A stretch of 64,000 nucleotides of DNA from Candidatus Aminicenantes bacterium (GCA_030691735.1 JAUYDS010000117.1:17280-81279); one strand, 5' to 3'. Shown: positions 20,455 to 29,379, numbered from the stretch's first letter. Notes: generated by a model not told the origin, from the letters alone. Numbers and translations: made by a program.

Positions 20455-21093
20455 TCAGACCGACATGGCGATAAGCCACTGGGCGGTGAAGTACGTGCCC
20501 AGGATGAGCGCCTGAGCGCCCTTGATCTTTTTCGCGAAGCGGTCCACCGCCAGGGCCGAATCCGAAACCACGAAAAGCACGGCGCCGACGAACGCCGAGA
20601 GGGTCTTCGTCCCTCCGATCTGAATGAACCGTTCGGCGGCCAGGACGGCCATCGTCACGATGACAAAAACATAAATGGTCACCGGGATCTTCATGGCCCC
20701 GAGATAGGGGAGGAGCAGCCGGATCATGATCAGGCCGAAGACGACGAAGGAGATCGTCGGCAGAAGAGAGAGGGACAAAGCGGCCCCCGACCGGAAAGCC
20801 GCGATATACAAAAGCTGGGCGGCGAGAAACGCGATCAATCCTTCTAGAAAGCGCTTCTTGGGGAGCATCAGGAAAATATCCCCGAGGAGCGAACACCCCA
20901 AGCCGGCCAGGACCATGGCTTTGTAAGGAGGGGAGAAAACGGGGACGGCCCGTCCGGCGATGATCAGGATGAGGATCACGGTCAGCGGTTTGACGGCATA
21001 GACGAGCCGCCGGAAGTCCCGAAGCTCGGCGACGATGGTCGTCACGGCCGAGCCGAGGGCCAAGACCGAGAGGACCGAGGTCAGGTTGATCAA
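20455..21093 (-). CDS. YhhN family membrane protein (lysoplasmalogenase-like)
   Basis: KPL, SLLGDIFL, F..GL.AFL.A, GA.LF..SD, TY..AQ motifs. Confidence 0.9.
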   Translation of the reverse strand: MINLTSVLSVLALGSAVTTIVAELRDFRRLVYAVKPLTVILILIIAGRAVPVFSPPYKAMVLAGLGCSLLGDIFLMLPKKRFLEGLIAFLAAQLLYIAAFRSGAALSLSLLPTISFVVFGLIMIRLLLPYLGAMKIPVTIYVFVIVTMAVLAAERFIQIGGTKTLSAFVGAVLFVVSDSALAVDRFAKKIKGAQALILGTYFTAQWLIAMSV

Positions 21094-21911
21094 ATTCCCG
21101 GTTTTTCCCTTTTGAGCTTTTCTCTGGCTTCGGCGAACATCGGCTCGGCGTAGGCGCTGGTCCAGGTCCGCTCTTCGAACGACCGCTTTTCGACCATCTT
21201 TAAAAAACCCTCGAAATCGTGGAAGTAGGACCCGTAGATATGAAAGCTGTCGACGAGGTCGGCGTAGCGGCCGACGCGGACGGGTTTGCCGATCCGGGCG
21301 CTGATTCTCCCGGCAATGACCCGCTGCAGATCGGTCAAGGCGAAGACGTTCATATAGGCGGCCTTATAAGCGTCCCGGGACCGCCAATGGGTATTCATAT
21401 TGAGCGAGAATCCACCGCTCCCGTCATCGAGCAGCCGGCACCAGATCCTTTGCAGACAGGGAGGGTCATAGGTCGGAACGTCCAGCTTCGGGTTCCAGGT
21501 GATCGCCTGGGCCCGGCGCGAGTGGCCGGACTGGGCGAGCTTGTTGATGATGTCGTCGATCTGGTCGATCGTCTCCCCTTCGATCTCGTAGGAGAACAGC
21601 CGCTTGTGGTAGGTATAGGTCCATTTCCCTTCCTCGGGGGCGATCCAATGGTCGTGAACGCCGTCGACCACCTCCTGGCGGTAGATCTCGAGGTCCTCGA
21701 GCCCGCCGGGAAAGGCACGGTGGATGCGCGGCTCGGCGAAGGGGTCTTCCACGGTCCACAGGATGGTGCAGTCGCGGGACGGAGGGTCGCCTGGCTTATC
21801 GTATTCGGTCTTGATCGCGACGCCCTTGCGCCAGCATTCAAGCACCGCCTTTTCCCAGGCTTCGGGGAGGGTCGTTCCGGTCACGAAAAGGGTCGGGATG
21901 TTGCCGCTCAT
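21090..21911 (-). CDS. thyA: Thymidylate synthase family protein, archaeal/methanogen-like type
   Basis: YTY..RL, SRRAQAITW, DPPCLQ (catalytic Cys), WRSRD, N of YMN, SFHIY. Confidence 0.8.
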   Translation of the reverse strand: MSGNIPTLFVTGTTLPEAWEKAVLECWRKGVAIKTEYDKPGDPPSRDCTILWTVEDPFAEPRIHRAFPGGLEDLEIYRQEVVDGVHDHWIAPEEGKWTYTYHKRLFSYEIEGETIDQIDDIINKLAQSGHSRRAQAITWNPKLDVPTYDPPCLQRIWCRLLDDGSGGFSLNMNTHWRSRDAYKAAYMNVFALTDLQRVIAGRISARIGKPVRVGRYADLVDSFHIYGSYFHDFEGFLKMVEKRSFEERTWTSAYAEPMFAEAREKLKREKPGI

Positions 21912-22031
21912 GCTCACCTCGCGATTTCTCCCCGTGTTTTTATCACAGCGGAGGAAGGTTGGTCAACTTGGGAACGTTCTGGCCATAGAACGCTTTTCTT
22001 CGCCCGGCCGGGCGCAACCCTCAGCCCGGTT

Positions 22032-22060
22032 TTGTCAGCACCTCAGGTTTTGTTTATAAT
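22032..22060 (+). promoter_or_regulatory. sigma70-type promoter of the UroD-family gene
   Basis: TTGTCA-17 bp-TATAAT, ending 9 nt before ATG 22070. Confidence 0.7.
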
Positions 22061-22069
22061 GTCGGGGCC

Positions 22070-23197
22070 ATGACCCCGCGGCAGAGGATCGAGAGCCTGC
22101 TCGCCGGACGCCCCGCCGACCGTGTCCCATTCTGCCCGGCGGTCTATGAACATAAAGCCGCCCTCATCGGGACGACCCCGTCGCTCCTGAGCCGTGACCC
22201 AGGGCTTTTCGAGCGGGCCCTCATCCGGGAGGCCGAGCTTTACCGGCCGGACATGCTTGTCGTCGGCTGCGACGTCTACAACGTCGAGGCCGAGGCCGTC
22301 GGCGGCAAGGTCAGGTTCTATGATTCGAGCGACGTCCCTTCGATCGCGGAGCGGCCGGTCAAGGTCGGCGATGATATTTCCCGTCTGCGTTTCCCCGATC
22401 CCGAAAAGGACGGCCGGATGCCGGTCTGCCTGGAGGCCGGCGGGAGAATTCAGAAGCGATTCGGCCGGGAGATGTTCATCCGCGGCGCCCTCAGCGCGCC
22501 GTTCTCGATCGCCTGCGAGCTCGCCGGCGCCGAAGAGGTGCTGATGGCGCTCCTGGACGACCCCGCCTGGGTGTCGAAGCTCCTCTCTTTCTCGGCGGAG
22601 ATCGCCAAAACCTACGGCCGGGCGTACGTCGAGCGGGGGCTGGGGATCATCCTTTTTGATTCCCATGCCGCCCCGCCCCTGGTCTCTCCCTCGTTATATC
22701 GGAGCCTCATTCTGCCTCCGACGGCCGATGTCGTCGGCTATTTCCGTGAAGCTCTCGGCCTCCCTCTCGTTCCTTATATCATCGGCGGGGACACGTCCGG
22801 CATCCTCGAGGCGATCCTCGAGACGGGAACGAACAACATCCTCTGCGATTTCCGCGCCGACCTCTCGTCGTTCGTCGATCGCCTCGAGAACAGTCCGGAT
22901 CAATTCGTGGGCCAAAGCTCCTTGGAAGGAAGGCAGGGACGGCGGGCTCTTCCCGCCGGACCGTTGGAAGGAAACCCGACCAAAGGGTTTCCTTCCAAGA
23001 GTGACCGGCCGGTCCTGCTGCGGGCGAACCTCGATCCGCGCTTTCTGCTCAAGGCCTCGATCCCGGACATCCAGGCTAAAACGAGCGAGGTCCTGGCTAT
23101 CGGCCGCCGTCATCCCGGGTTCATCCTGGGGACCGGCATTCTGCCCTTCGATCTGCCTCCTGAAAAGGTCATGGCCGTCCGGGCCGTCCTCGAATAA
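22070..23197 (+). CDS. Uroporphyrinogen decarboxylase/MtaA-CmuA superfamily protein with an in-frame repeat insertion
   Basis: MTPRQR..L.G...DRVP, D.YNVEAEA.G, P.P..DGRMP, PFS.A..L.G, NLDP, GFILGTG; extra segment of about 38 aa derived from repeat family A. Confidence 0.85.
   Translation: MTPRQRIESLLAGRPADRVPFCPAVYEHKAALIGTTPSLLSRDPGLFERALIREAELYRPDMLVVGCDVYNVEAEAVGGKVRFYDSSDVPSIAERPVKVGDDISRLRFPDPEKDGRMPVCLEAGGRIQKRFGREMFIRGALSAPFSIACELAGAEEVLMALLDDPAWVSKLLSFSAEIAKTYGRAYVERGLGIILFDSHAAPPLVSPSLYRSLILPPTADVVGYFREALGLPLVPYIIGGDTSGILEAILETGTNNILCDFRADLSSFVDRLENSPDQFVGQSSLEGRQGRRALPAGPLEGNPTKGFPSKSDRPVLLRANLDPRFLLKASIPDIQAKTSEVLAIGRRHPGFILGTGILPFDLPPEKVMAVRAVLE
22892..23005 (+). repeat. Repeat family A, copy 3, in frame within the CDS
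   Basis: Same stem at 22964-22977/22985-22998 and same flanks as the intergenic copies; read as SPDQFVGQSSLEGRQGRRALPAGPLEGNPTKGFPSKSD. Confidence 0.88.
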
Positions 23198-23274
23198 AAA
23201 AAATAAATCCTCATTTCCCTGCTAAAAAGAGGCCGAAGCATCGTCTTTATTAATGGTCCTAGACGAGAGCTCCC

Positions 23275-24015
23275 ATGGACATTCCTCCGGAAGACATCGA
23301 TGCCCCGATCGAGACGAACGGCGGCCATCGCCGCCGTCTGCGGGAAAAGTTTCTTCGCGCCGGCCTGAGCGCCTTTCTCGATTACGAGATCGTCGAACTC
23401 CTCCTGACCCTGGGGACGCCGCGGAAGGACTGCAAGGAACAGGCGAAAAGGGCGCTCAAAGAGTTCAAGTCTCTGCGCGGGGTGCTCGAGGCCGACGAAT
23501 ACGAACTGCAAAGGATCCGGGGCATCGGCGCTCACAACGTTTTCGGGATACGGCTCGTTCAGGAAGTGTCCCGCCGCTTTCTCAAGGACAAGATGTTGAG
23601 CCGGCCGTATGCCCGCTCGTCCCGCGAGGTCTTCGATTACCTCTATCATTCCCTCCGCGACCTCAAAAAGGAGCATTTCAAGGTCCTTTTCCTCGATCCG
23701 AAAAACCAGATCATCGAGGAGAAGACGCTGTTCGAGGGCACGGTGGACTCGTCGGCCGTCTACCCCCGGGAGATCATGAAGGACGCCCTTCGGACCAACG
23801 CGACCTCTCTCGTCTTCGTCCACAATCATCCTTCGGGAGACCCCGAACCGTCTCTCTGCGACCGGGAGATCACCAAGGAGCTCGTTTTCGCGGCCAGGGT
23901 CATGCAGCTCAAGGTGCTCGATCACATCGTCATCGGCAACAACTGTTACTTCAGCTTCGCCGACCGCGGGCTCATCGAGGATTGCAACCTGATGTTCCTC
24001 GGTTTGAATAAATAG
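23275..24015 (+). CDS. radC: RadC family JAB/MPN domain protein
   Basis: GHRRRLREKF, HhH-like IRGIG, YPREI, HNHPSGDPEPS..D, LDHIVIG. Confidence 0.94.
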   Translation: MDIPPEDIDAPIETNGGHRRRLREKFLRAGLSAFLDYEIVELLLTLGTPRKDCKEQAKRALKEFKSLRGVLEADEYELQRIRGIGAHNVFGIRLVQEVSRRFLKDKMLSRPYARSSREVFDYLYHSLRDLKKEHFKVLFLDPKNQIIEEKTLFEGTVDSSAVYPREIMKDALRTNATSLVFVHNHPSGDPEPSLCDREITKELVFAARVMQLKVLDHIVIGNNCYFSFADRGLIEDCNLMFLGLNK

Positions 24016-24076
24016 CCGCGGAGGATCATGAGCCGACACATTCCGGATACCACGATGATTCAAGCGCTTCGTTTTA

Positions 24077-24123
24077 TGAACGCTCCCGAATTCTTCTCAA
24101 TTCGGTATGTGTCTGCGTGTTCA
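24077..24123. repeat. Repeat family C (CCGAATT..AATTCGGTATGTGTC palindrome)
   Basis: AATTCGGTATGTGTCTGCG is shared with 30404-30426 and 53341-53390. Confidence 0.7.
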
Positions 24124-24149
24124 TAAGCGTAAAATTCTGCTAAGATGGA

Positions 24150-24317
24150 TCAAGGGACGAGCCTTCGCGGCGGAAGTGGACCCCCGAGCAAAGCTCGGGG
24201 CACTCACCCGCGATGTAAATACGCGGCTGAGTACGGCGGAAGCGGATCCCCAGACAAAGCCTGCCCACATTCGCTTCGCGAATGAGGACTGCAAAGCCTG
24301 GGGCCCTTGCCGCCGCC
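24150..24317 (+). repeat. Repeat family B (TCAAGGGACGAGCCTT...GAGTACGGCGGAAGYGGA-CCCC hairpin-GGGGCCC)
   Basis: Blocks shared with the minus-strand copy at 61697-61799; internally duplicated; several hairpins. Confidence 0.75.
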
Positions 24318-24361
24318 CCGGCCGCCGTGGGGCGGAACCGATCCGTGGACGGGAGGGACAA

Positions 24362-26032
24362 ATGAGCGACGAGAGCAAGCCCCGGGCCTCTTGGCGGCCG
24401 ATCGAGGAGATTGCCAAAAAGCTGGGCATTCGTCCCGAGTGTCTGGAGAAATACGGCAACTTCAAAGCCAAGGTCGATCTCGGGCCATCGCCTGAAAGCG
24501 TCGGGGGCTTAGGCCGGCTCATCCTCGTCACGGCCATGACCCCCACGCCCTCCGGCGAAGGGAAGACGACGACGGCCATCGGCCTGACCGACGCCCTGAA
24601 CCGGCTCGGCCGGAAGGCCGCGGCGGCCCTGCGTGAGCCGTCTTTGGGCCCCGTCTTCGGCATGAAGGGCGGGGCGACGGGGGGCGGAAAGGCTCACGTC
24701 GTTCCCAGCGACGACATCAACCTCCATTTCACGGGCGACATCCATGCCATCACTTCGGCCAACAATCTTCTAGCGGCCATGGTCGATAACCATGTCCAGT
24801 TCGAGCCGTCCTGCGGCCTTCTCGACGCCAAGAACGTCACTTGGAGGCGCGTTTTGGATATGAACGACCGGTCCCTACGGAACGTCATCTCCGGCATCGG
24901 AGAGACGTTCAACGGAATCGCGCTGGAGACGGGTTTTGATATCACCGCCGCCTCCGAGATCATGGCCATTTTTTGCCTGGCTCATGACCTCAAGGACCTC
25001 AAGGACCGGCTCGGCCGCATCCAGATCGGATACGCGTCCGACGGGAAGCCCGTCACGGCCGCCCAGGTCAAGGCCCAGGGCGCCATGGCCGCCCTGCTCA
25101 AGGACGCCATCCGGCCCAACCTCGTCCAGACCCGGGAGGGCTCGCCGGCCTTCATCCACGGCGGTCCGTTCGCCAACATCGCCCACGGCACGAACTCCGT
25201 GATCGCGACGAATATGGCCTTGCGTTTGGCCGATTTCGTGGTCACGGAATGCGGGTTCGCCTCCGATCTCGGCGCCGAGAAGTTCTTCGATATCGTCGTC
25301 CGGACGGGCGCCGTTCCCCCGCCTTCGGCCGTGGTCATCGTGGCTACCCTCCGCTCGCTCAAGTTCCACGGCGGGGTCAAACTGGAAGCGCTGAACGCGG
25401 AGAATACGGAGGCGATCGCCAAGGGATTCGAGAACCTCCAGAAGCACGTCGAGATCATCCGGCTCTTCGGCCTCCCCCCGGTCGTGGCCTTGAACAAATT
25501 CCCCGCGGACACGGAGAAAGAAGAGCGGCTCTTCGCCGATCTCTGCCGAAGGGAGAATGTCCGGTTCGCTCCGAGCGACGTCTTCGGCCGGGGAGGAGAG
25601 GGCGGCCTGGCCCTGGGAGAGGAAGTTCTCCGGGCGATCGAGCACGATCCCCGGGATTTCAGGTTCCTCTATCCGCTCGACACGCCGCTGGCCGACAAGA
25701 TCGAGACGATCGCCACGAAGATCTACGGCGCCGGCCGCGTCGCCCTCGAGGCCAAGGCCAGGCGGAAGCTCCAGAAATACGAGAGCGACGGCTTCGGCCG
25801 GTTCCCGGTCTGTATCGCCAAGACCCAGTATTCGCTCTCCGCCAACGCCAAGGCCCTCGGCCGACCGCGCGACTTCACGGTGACCGTCACGGACGCGTCG
25901 CTCAGCGCGGGCGCCGGCTTCGTGGTCGCCATGTGCGGCGAGATCATGACCATGCCCGGCCTGCCCAAGGTCCCCGCCGCCGAGAGGATCGACGTCACGG
26001 ACGACGGCGAGATCATGGGCATCCTGGGATAA
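24362..26032 (+). CDS. fhs: Formate--tetrahydrofolate ligase
   Basis: TAMTPTPSGEGKTTT, LREPSLGP.FG.KGGA.GGG, HGGPFANIAHG, IMTMPGLP; ATG 24362 with GGAGG SD. Confidence 0.97.
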   Translation: MSDESKPRASWRPIEEIAKKLGIRPECLEKYGNFKAKVDLGPSPESVGGLGRLILVTAMTPTPSGEGKTTTAIGLTDALNRLGRKAAAALREPSLGPVFGMKGGATGGGKAHVVPSDDINLHFTGDIHAITSANNLLAAMVDNHVQFEPSCGLLDAKNVTWRRVLDMNDRSLRNVISGIGETFNGIALETGFDITAASEIMAIFCLAHDLKDLKDRLGRIQIGYASDGKPVTAAQVKAQGAMAALLKDAIRPNLVQTREGSPAFIHGGPFANIAHGTNSVIATNMALRLADFVVTECGFASDLGAEKFFDIVVRTGAVPPPSAVVIVATLRSLKFHGGVKLEALNAENTEAIAKGFENLQKHVEIIRLFGLPPVVALNKFPADTEKEERLFADLCRRENVRFAPSDVFGRGGEGGLALGEEVLRAIEHDPRDFRFLYPLDTPLADKIETIATKIYGAGRVALEAKARRKLQKYESDGFGRFPVCIAKTQYSLSANAKALGRPRDFTVTVTDASLSAGAGFVVAMCGEIMTMPGLPKVPAAERIDVTDDGEIMGILG

Positions 26033-26183
26033 TGACGAATTTACAGCGCTACCCAATTGTGATACAAAATGGGTGATTTGCATGCCGGAAACGAGGAAAT
26101 CGGGGACCATGGGACAAGACCGGGCCGGAAAGCGTCTATAGTCATGTGGGGATGCCGATGAGAAGGAATGATCAGGAGGAAGC

Positions 26184-27266
26184 ATGAAAGAAGACGAAAG
26201 CGATCAAAAGCAGACAGCGAAGAACAAGGCCATCGAAGCCGCGGTCTCGCAAATCGAGAAGCAGTTCGGCAAGGGCTCAGTGATGAAACTGGGGCAGAAA
26301 GAAGCCGCGGCGAAAATCCCGGCCATTCCTACCGGCTCCATCTCGTTCGACCTGGCGCTCGGGATCGGCGGCTTTCCGCGCGGCCGCGTCATCGAGGTCT
26401 TCGGCCCGGAGGCGACCGGCAAGACGACCCTGGCCCTCCATGTCATCGCCGAAGCTCAGAAGCTCGGAGGGCAGGCGGCCTTCATCGACGCGGAGCACGC
26501 CATGGACCCGCCCTATGCCGCCAAGGTCGGCGTCGATATCGACAACCTCCTCATCTCCCAGCCGGATTGGGGCGAACAGGCCCTCGAGATCGCCGAGGTC
26601 CTGGTTCGGAGCGGGGCCGTGGACGTCATCGTCATCGATTCCGTGGCCGCGCTCGTTCCCAAGGCCGAACTCGAGGGGGAGATGGGCGACGCCCATATGG
26701 GCCTCCAGGCCCGCCTGATGTCGCAGGCGCTGCGGAAGCTGACGGCCATCGTCGCCCGTTCCAAGACCTGCTTCATCTTCATCAACCAGATCCGGGAGAA
26801 GATCGGCTTTTTCCTGGGCAACCCCGAGACGACGACGGGCGGCCGCGCCCTCAAATTCTACGCTTCGCTGCGGATCGATGTGCGGCGGATGACGGCCATC
26901 AAGGAAGGCGATAGCGTCATCGGCAATCGGGTCAAGGTCAAGATCGTCAAGAACAAGATGGCCCCGCCGTTCAAGGAAGCCCAGTTCGACATCATCTACG
27001 GCGAGGGCATTTCCCGGGAAGGGGACCTCGTCGACTGCGGTCTGGAATACGGCCTCATCGAGAAGACGGGGACGTGGTATTCGTACAAGGGAGAACGGGT
27101 CGGGCAGGGCCGGGAGAACGTCAAGAAGCTCCTCAAGGAGAACAAGGACCTGGCCGCTGAGCTGAACTTAGAGCTCCGGAAGAGGGTCGGCTTGGCGGCC
27201 GAACCGGCCGCGTTCGATAAGCCGGAAAAAGAACTCGAAAAGCCGACCGAAAAGAAATCCAGATAA
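26184..27266 (+). CDS. recA: Recombinase RecA
   Basis: [48 protein letters not shown]. Confidence 0.98.
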   Translation: MKEDESDQKQTAKNKAIEAAVSQIEKQFGKGSVMKLGQKEAAAKIPAIPTGSISFDLALGIGGFPRGRVIEVFGPEATGKTTLALHVIAEAQKLGGQAAFIDAEHAMDPPYAAKVGVDIDNLLISQPDWGEQALEIAEVLVRSGAVDVIVIDSVAALVPKAELEGEMGDAHMGLQARLMSQALRKLTAIVARSKTCFIFINQIREKIGFFLGNPETTTGGRALKFYASLRIDVRRMTAIKEGDSVIGNRVKVKIVKNKMAPPFKEAQFDIIYGEGISREGDLVDCGLEYGLIEKTGTWYSYKGERVGQGRENVKKLLKENKDLAAELNLELRKRVGLAAEPAAFDKPEKELEKPTEKKSR

Positions 27267-27272
27267 AAAGAT

Positions 27273-27314
27273 GGGAACATGCTCCGAATTCTCCTGAATT
27301 CGGTAGGCGTCCCC
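27273..27314. repeat. Repeat family C variant, possibly acting as the recA terminator
   Basis: Imperfect palindrome GGGAACATGCTCCGAATTC..GAATTCGGTAGGCGTCCCC. Confidence 0.55.
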
Positions 27315-27331
27315 GTCTTAAGGAGAACAGA

Positions 27332-28018
27332 ATGATCAAAAGACGCGAGTTCTTAAAGGCGACGGGCGTCGGCGGCGCGGCCGTTTTCGCCGGCGCCGAT
27401 CCGCTCTCAGGGCCCGCTTTCGGGCAGGATGTTAAAACTCAAGCGTACGCGGCCAAGGATTACGCCAGGCTCTTGGGAACACCCGGCTTCAGCGACGCTC
27501 TCCTCAAGAACCATTTCACCCTCTACCAGGGCTATGTCACGAACACGAACAAGGTTCTGGACGCGCTGGCCCAGATGCTCAAGGACGGGAAAACGGCCGC
27601 ACCCGAATTCGCCGAGCTCCGGCGGCGGCTCGGCTGGGAGTTCGACGGGATGCGCCTCCACGAGCTCTATTTCGAAAATCTGGGCGGAAAAAACGGGATC
27701 GACGCGGGCGGAAAACTGGCCAAAAAGATCACCGAGGATTTCGGCGGGTTCGAACCCTGGCAGAAGGATTTCAGGGCCGTGGGAGCGATGCGGGGAATCG
27801 GCTGGGCCGTCCTCTACCAGGATCCCGCGACCGGCCGGCTCATCGACTTCTGGATCAATGAGCACGACGGCGGTCATCCGGCGGGAGGCCGGCCTCTCCT
27901 GGTCATGGACGTCTTCGAGCACGCTTACATGATCGATTACGGGCTGAAAAAGGCGGACTATATCGAAGCGTTCTTCAAGGCCGTCGATTGGACGGCCGCC
28001 GAAGCGCGGTTGGCCTGA
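27332..28018 (+). CDS. Fe/Mn superoxide dismutase family protein with a twin-arginine signal peptide
   Basis: KRREFLK Tat motif and hydrophobic stretch; metal ligands H (NHFTLY), H (RLHELYF) and DVFEHAY. Confidence 0.88.
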   Translation: MIKRREFLKATGVGGAAVFAGADPLSGPAFGQDVKTQAYAAKDYARLLGTPGFSDALLKNHFTLYQGYVTNTNKVLDALAQMLKDGKTAAPEFAELRRRLGWEFDGMRLHELYFENLGGKNGIDAGGKLAKKITEDFGGFEPWQKDFRAVGAMRGIGWAVLYQDPATGRLIDFWINEHDGGHPAGGRPLLVMDVFEHAYMIDYGLKKADYIEAFFKAVDWTAAEARLA

Positions 28019-28077
28019 TCTATGGTTAAAGCGATAAATATCCTTGTACGAGCGCCCAAGGGAAAAGCCGCGAATAT

Positions 28078-28243
28078 AATCCCCCCCCACCCCCCTTTAG
28101 CAAAGGGGGGGCTTGCTTTCCCTCCTTTCCTAAAGGGTAGGCGTGCTTCCCCCCCTTTCCTAAAGGGGGGGCTTGCTTTCCCCCCTTTAGCAAAGGGGGG
28201 GCTCGCTTTCCCCCCTTTACTAAAGGGGGGAGAAGGGGGGATT
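28078..28243. repeat. Tandem array of five 30-bp hairpin units (CCCCCCTTT-N3-AAAGGGGGG-GCTYGCTTT)
   Basis: Hairpins at about 28090, 28120, 28150, 28180 and 28210, enclosed by AATCCCCCC...GGGGGGATT. Confidence 0.9.
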
Positions 28244-28308
28244 AGCCCCGTCGCTCCCCGCGATGATGCATTGTTTCCAGCCTCCAGGTTCTTAAAAGGG
28301 CGGCGACC

Positions 28309-29373
28309 ATGACGGACTCAGAGAGCAAGCGGTCGATCAAAGCGGGGCTTTCCCCCGGGAGCCTGATCCATGTCGGCGAGAGAATGGTCGAGAAGGTCCG
28401 GATCACGGTCATCGATTATGACGCCGACAATATCTTCGAGAAAGAGGTCGAGACGGTCGAGGAATGTTTTCGTTTTCGGGAAACGTCCACCGTGACCTGG
28501 ATCAACATCGACGGCATCCACGATGCCGCCGTCGTCGAAAAGCTCGGCACGTACTTCGGCCTGCACCCCCTCATCCTCGAGGACATCATGACCACGTCCC
28601 AGCGGCCGAAGATGGAGGACCTCGGCGACGCCGCTTATGTCGTCCTGAAAATGATCGAATACGGGACGGACTGTTCGGACGTCGTCACCGAGCAGATGAG
28701 CCTCATTTTCGGCCGGAACTTCGTCCTCACCTTCCAGGAGCGGCCCGGCGACACCTTTGACCCCGTCCGGGAGCGGATCCGCAAGGGCAAAGGCCGGATC
28801 CGGAAGATGGGCCCGGACTACCTGGCTTACGCCCTCATCGACGCCGTCGTCGACGACTACTTCATCGTCCTCGAGCGGATGGGCGAGCAGATCGAGGAGA
28901 TCGAGGACGAGCTTGTCGCCGACCCGAAAAAGACGACCCTGAACGAGATCCACGCCATGAAACGGCAAATGATCTTTCTCCGCAAATCGGCTTGGCCCAT
29001 GCGCGAGCTCATCAGCCGGTTGGAGCGGGCGGAATCGCCGCTCATCCAGAAGACGACCGGGATCTTCCTCCGCGACGTCTACGACCACACGATCCAGATC
29101 ATCGACAACATCGAGACCTTCCGCGACATGCTCTCCGGCATGCTCGACATGTACCTCTCGAGCGTCAGCAACCGGATGAACGAGGTCATGAAGGTCCTGA
29201 CGATCATCGGCACGATCTTCATCCCCCTGACGTTCCTGGTCGGCGTGTATGGGATGAACTTCAAGTTCATGCCCGAGCTCGAGTGGCGCGGGAGCTATTT
29301 TGTGGTCTGGGGGGTGATGATCGCCGTCGCCGTCTTTCTGGTGGCTTATTTCAGGCGAAAGAAATGGCTTTAG
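28309..29373 (+). CDS. corA: Magnesium/cobalt transporter CorA
   Basis: GLSPGSL, LHPLILEDI..QRPK, MKVLT..F.PLTF..G.YGMNF..MPEL. Confidence 0.96.
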   Translation: MTDSESKRSIKAGLSPGSLIHVGERMVEKVRITVIDYDADNIFEKEVETVEECFRFRETSTVTWINIDGIHDAAVVEKLGTYFGLHPLILEDIMTTSQRPKMEDLGDAAYVVLKMIEYGTDCSDVVTEQMSLIFGRNFVLTFQERPGDTFDPVRERIRKGKGRIRKMGPDYLAYALIDAVVDDYFIVLERMGEQIEEIEDELVADPKKTTLNEIHAMKRQMIFLRKSAWPMRELISRLERAESPLIQKTTGIFLRDVYDHTIQIIDNIETFRDMLSGMLDMYLSSVSNRMNEVMKVLTIIGTIFIPLTFLVGVYGMNFKFMPELEWRGSYFVVWGVMIAVAVFLVAYFRRKKWL

Positions 29374-29379
29374 ATCGAA

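Noticed and set aside
22892-23005. Intein or self-splicing intron
   Set aside because: Too short, no intein terminal HN motif and no group I/II features; it matches an intergenic repeat.
24165-24310. ZTP (pfl) riboswitch upstream of fhs, suggested by GGCGGAAGTGGA and GCCTGGG
   Set aside because: Lacks the GACTG and GCCGACCGCCTGGGC context, and the same blocks recur at 61697-61799 away from folate genes, so it is a repeat. An Infernal scan would settle it.
26051-26074. Imperfect palindrome upstream of recA as a LexA box
   Set aside because: Matches no LexA consensus I know and was not seen upstream of uvrA or radC.
28078-28243. CRISPR array
   Set aside because: Period is 30 bp with near-identical 9-bp linkers rather than unique spacers; no cas genes in the window.
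28022-28312. 96-aa ORF with (PPxxKGGLAF)n repeats
   Set aside because: It is a translation of the DNA hairpin array, with no other sign of a real gene.
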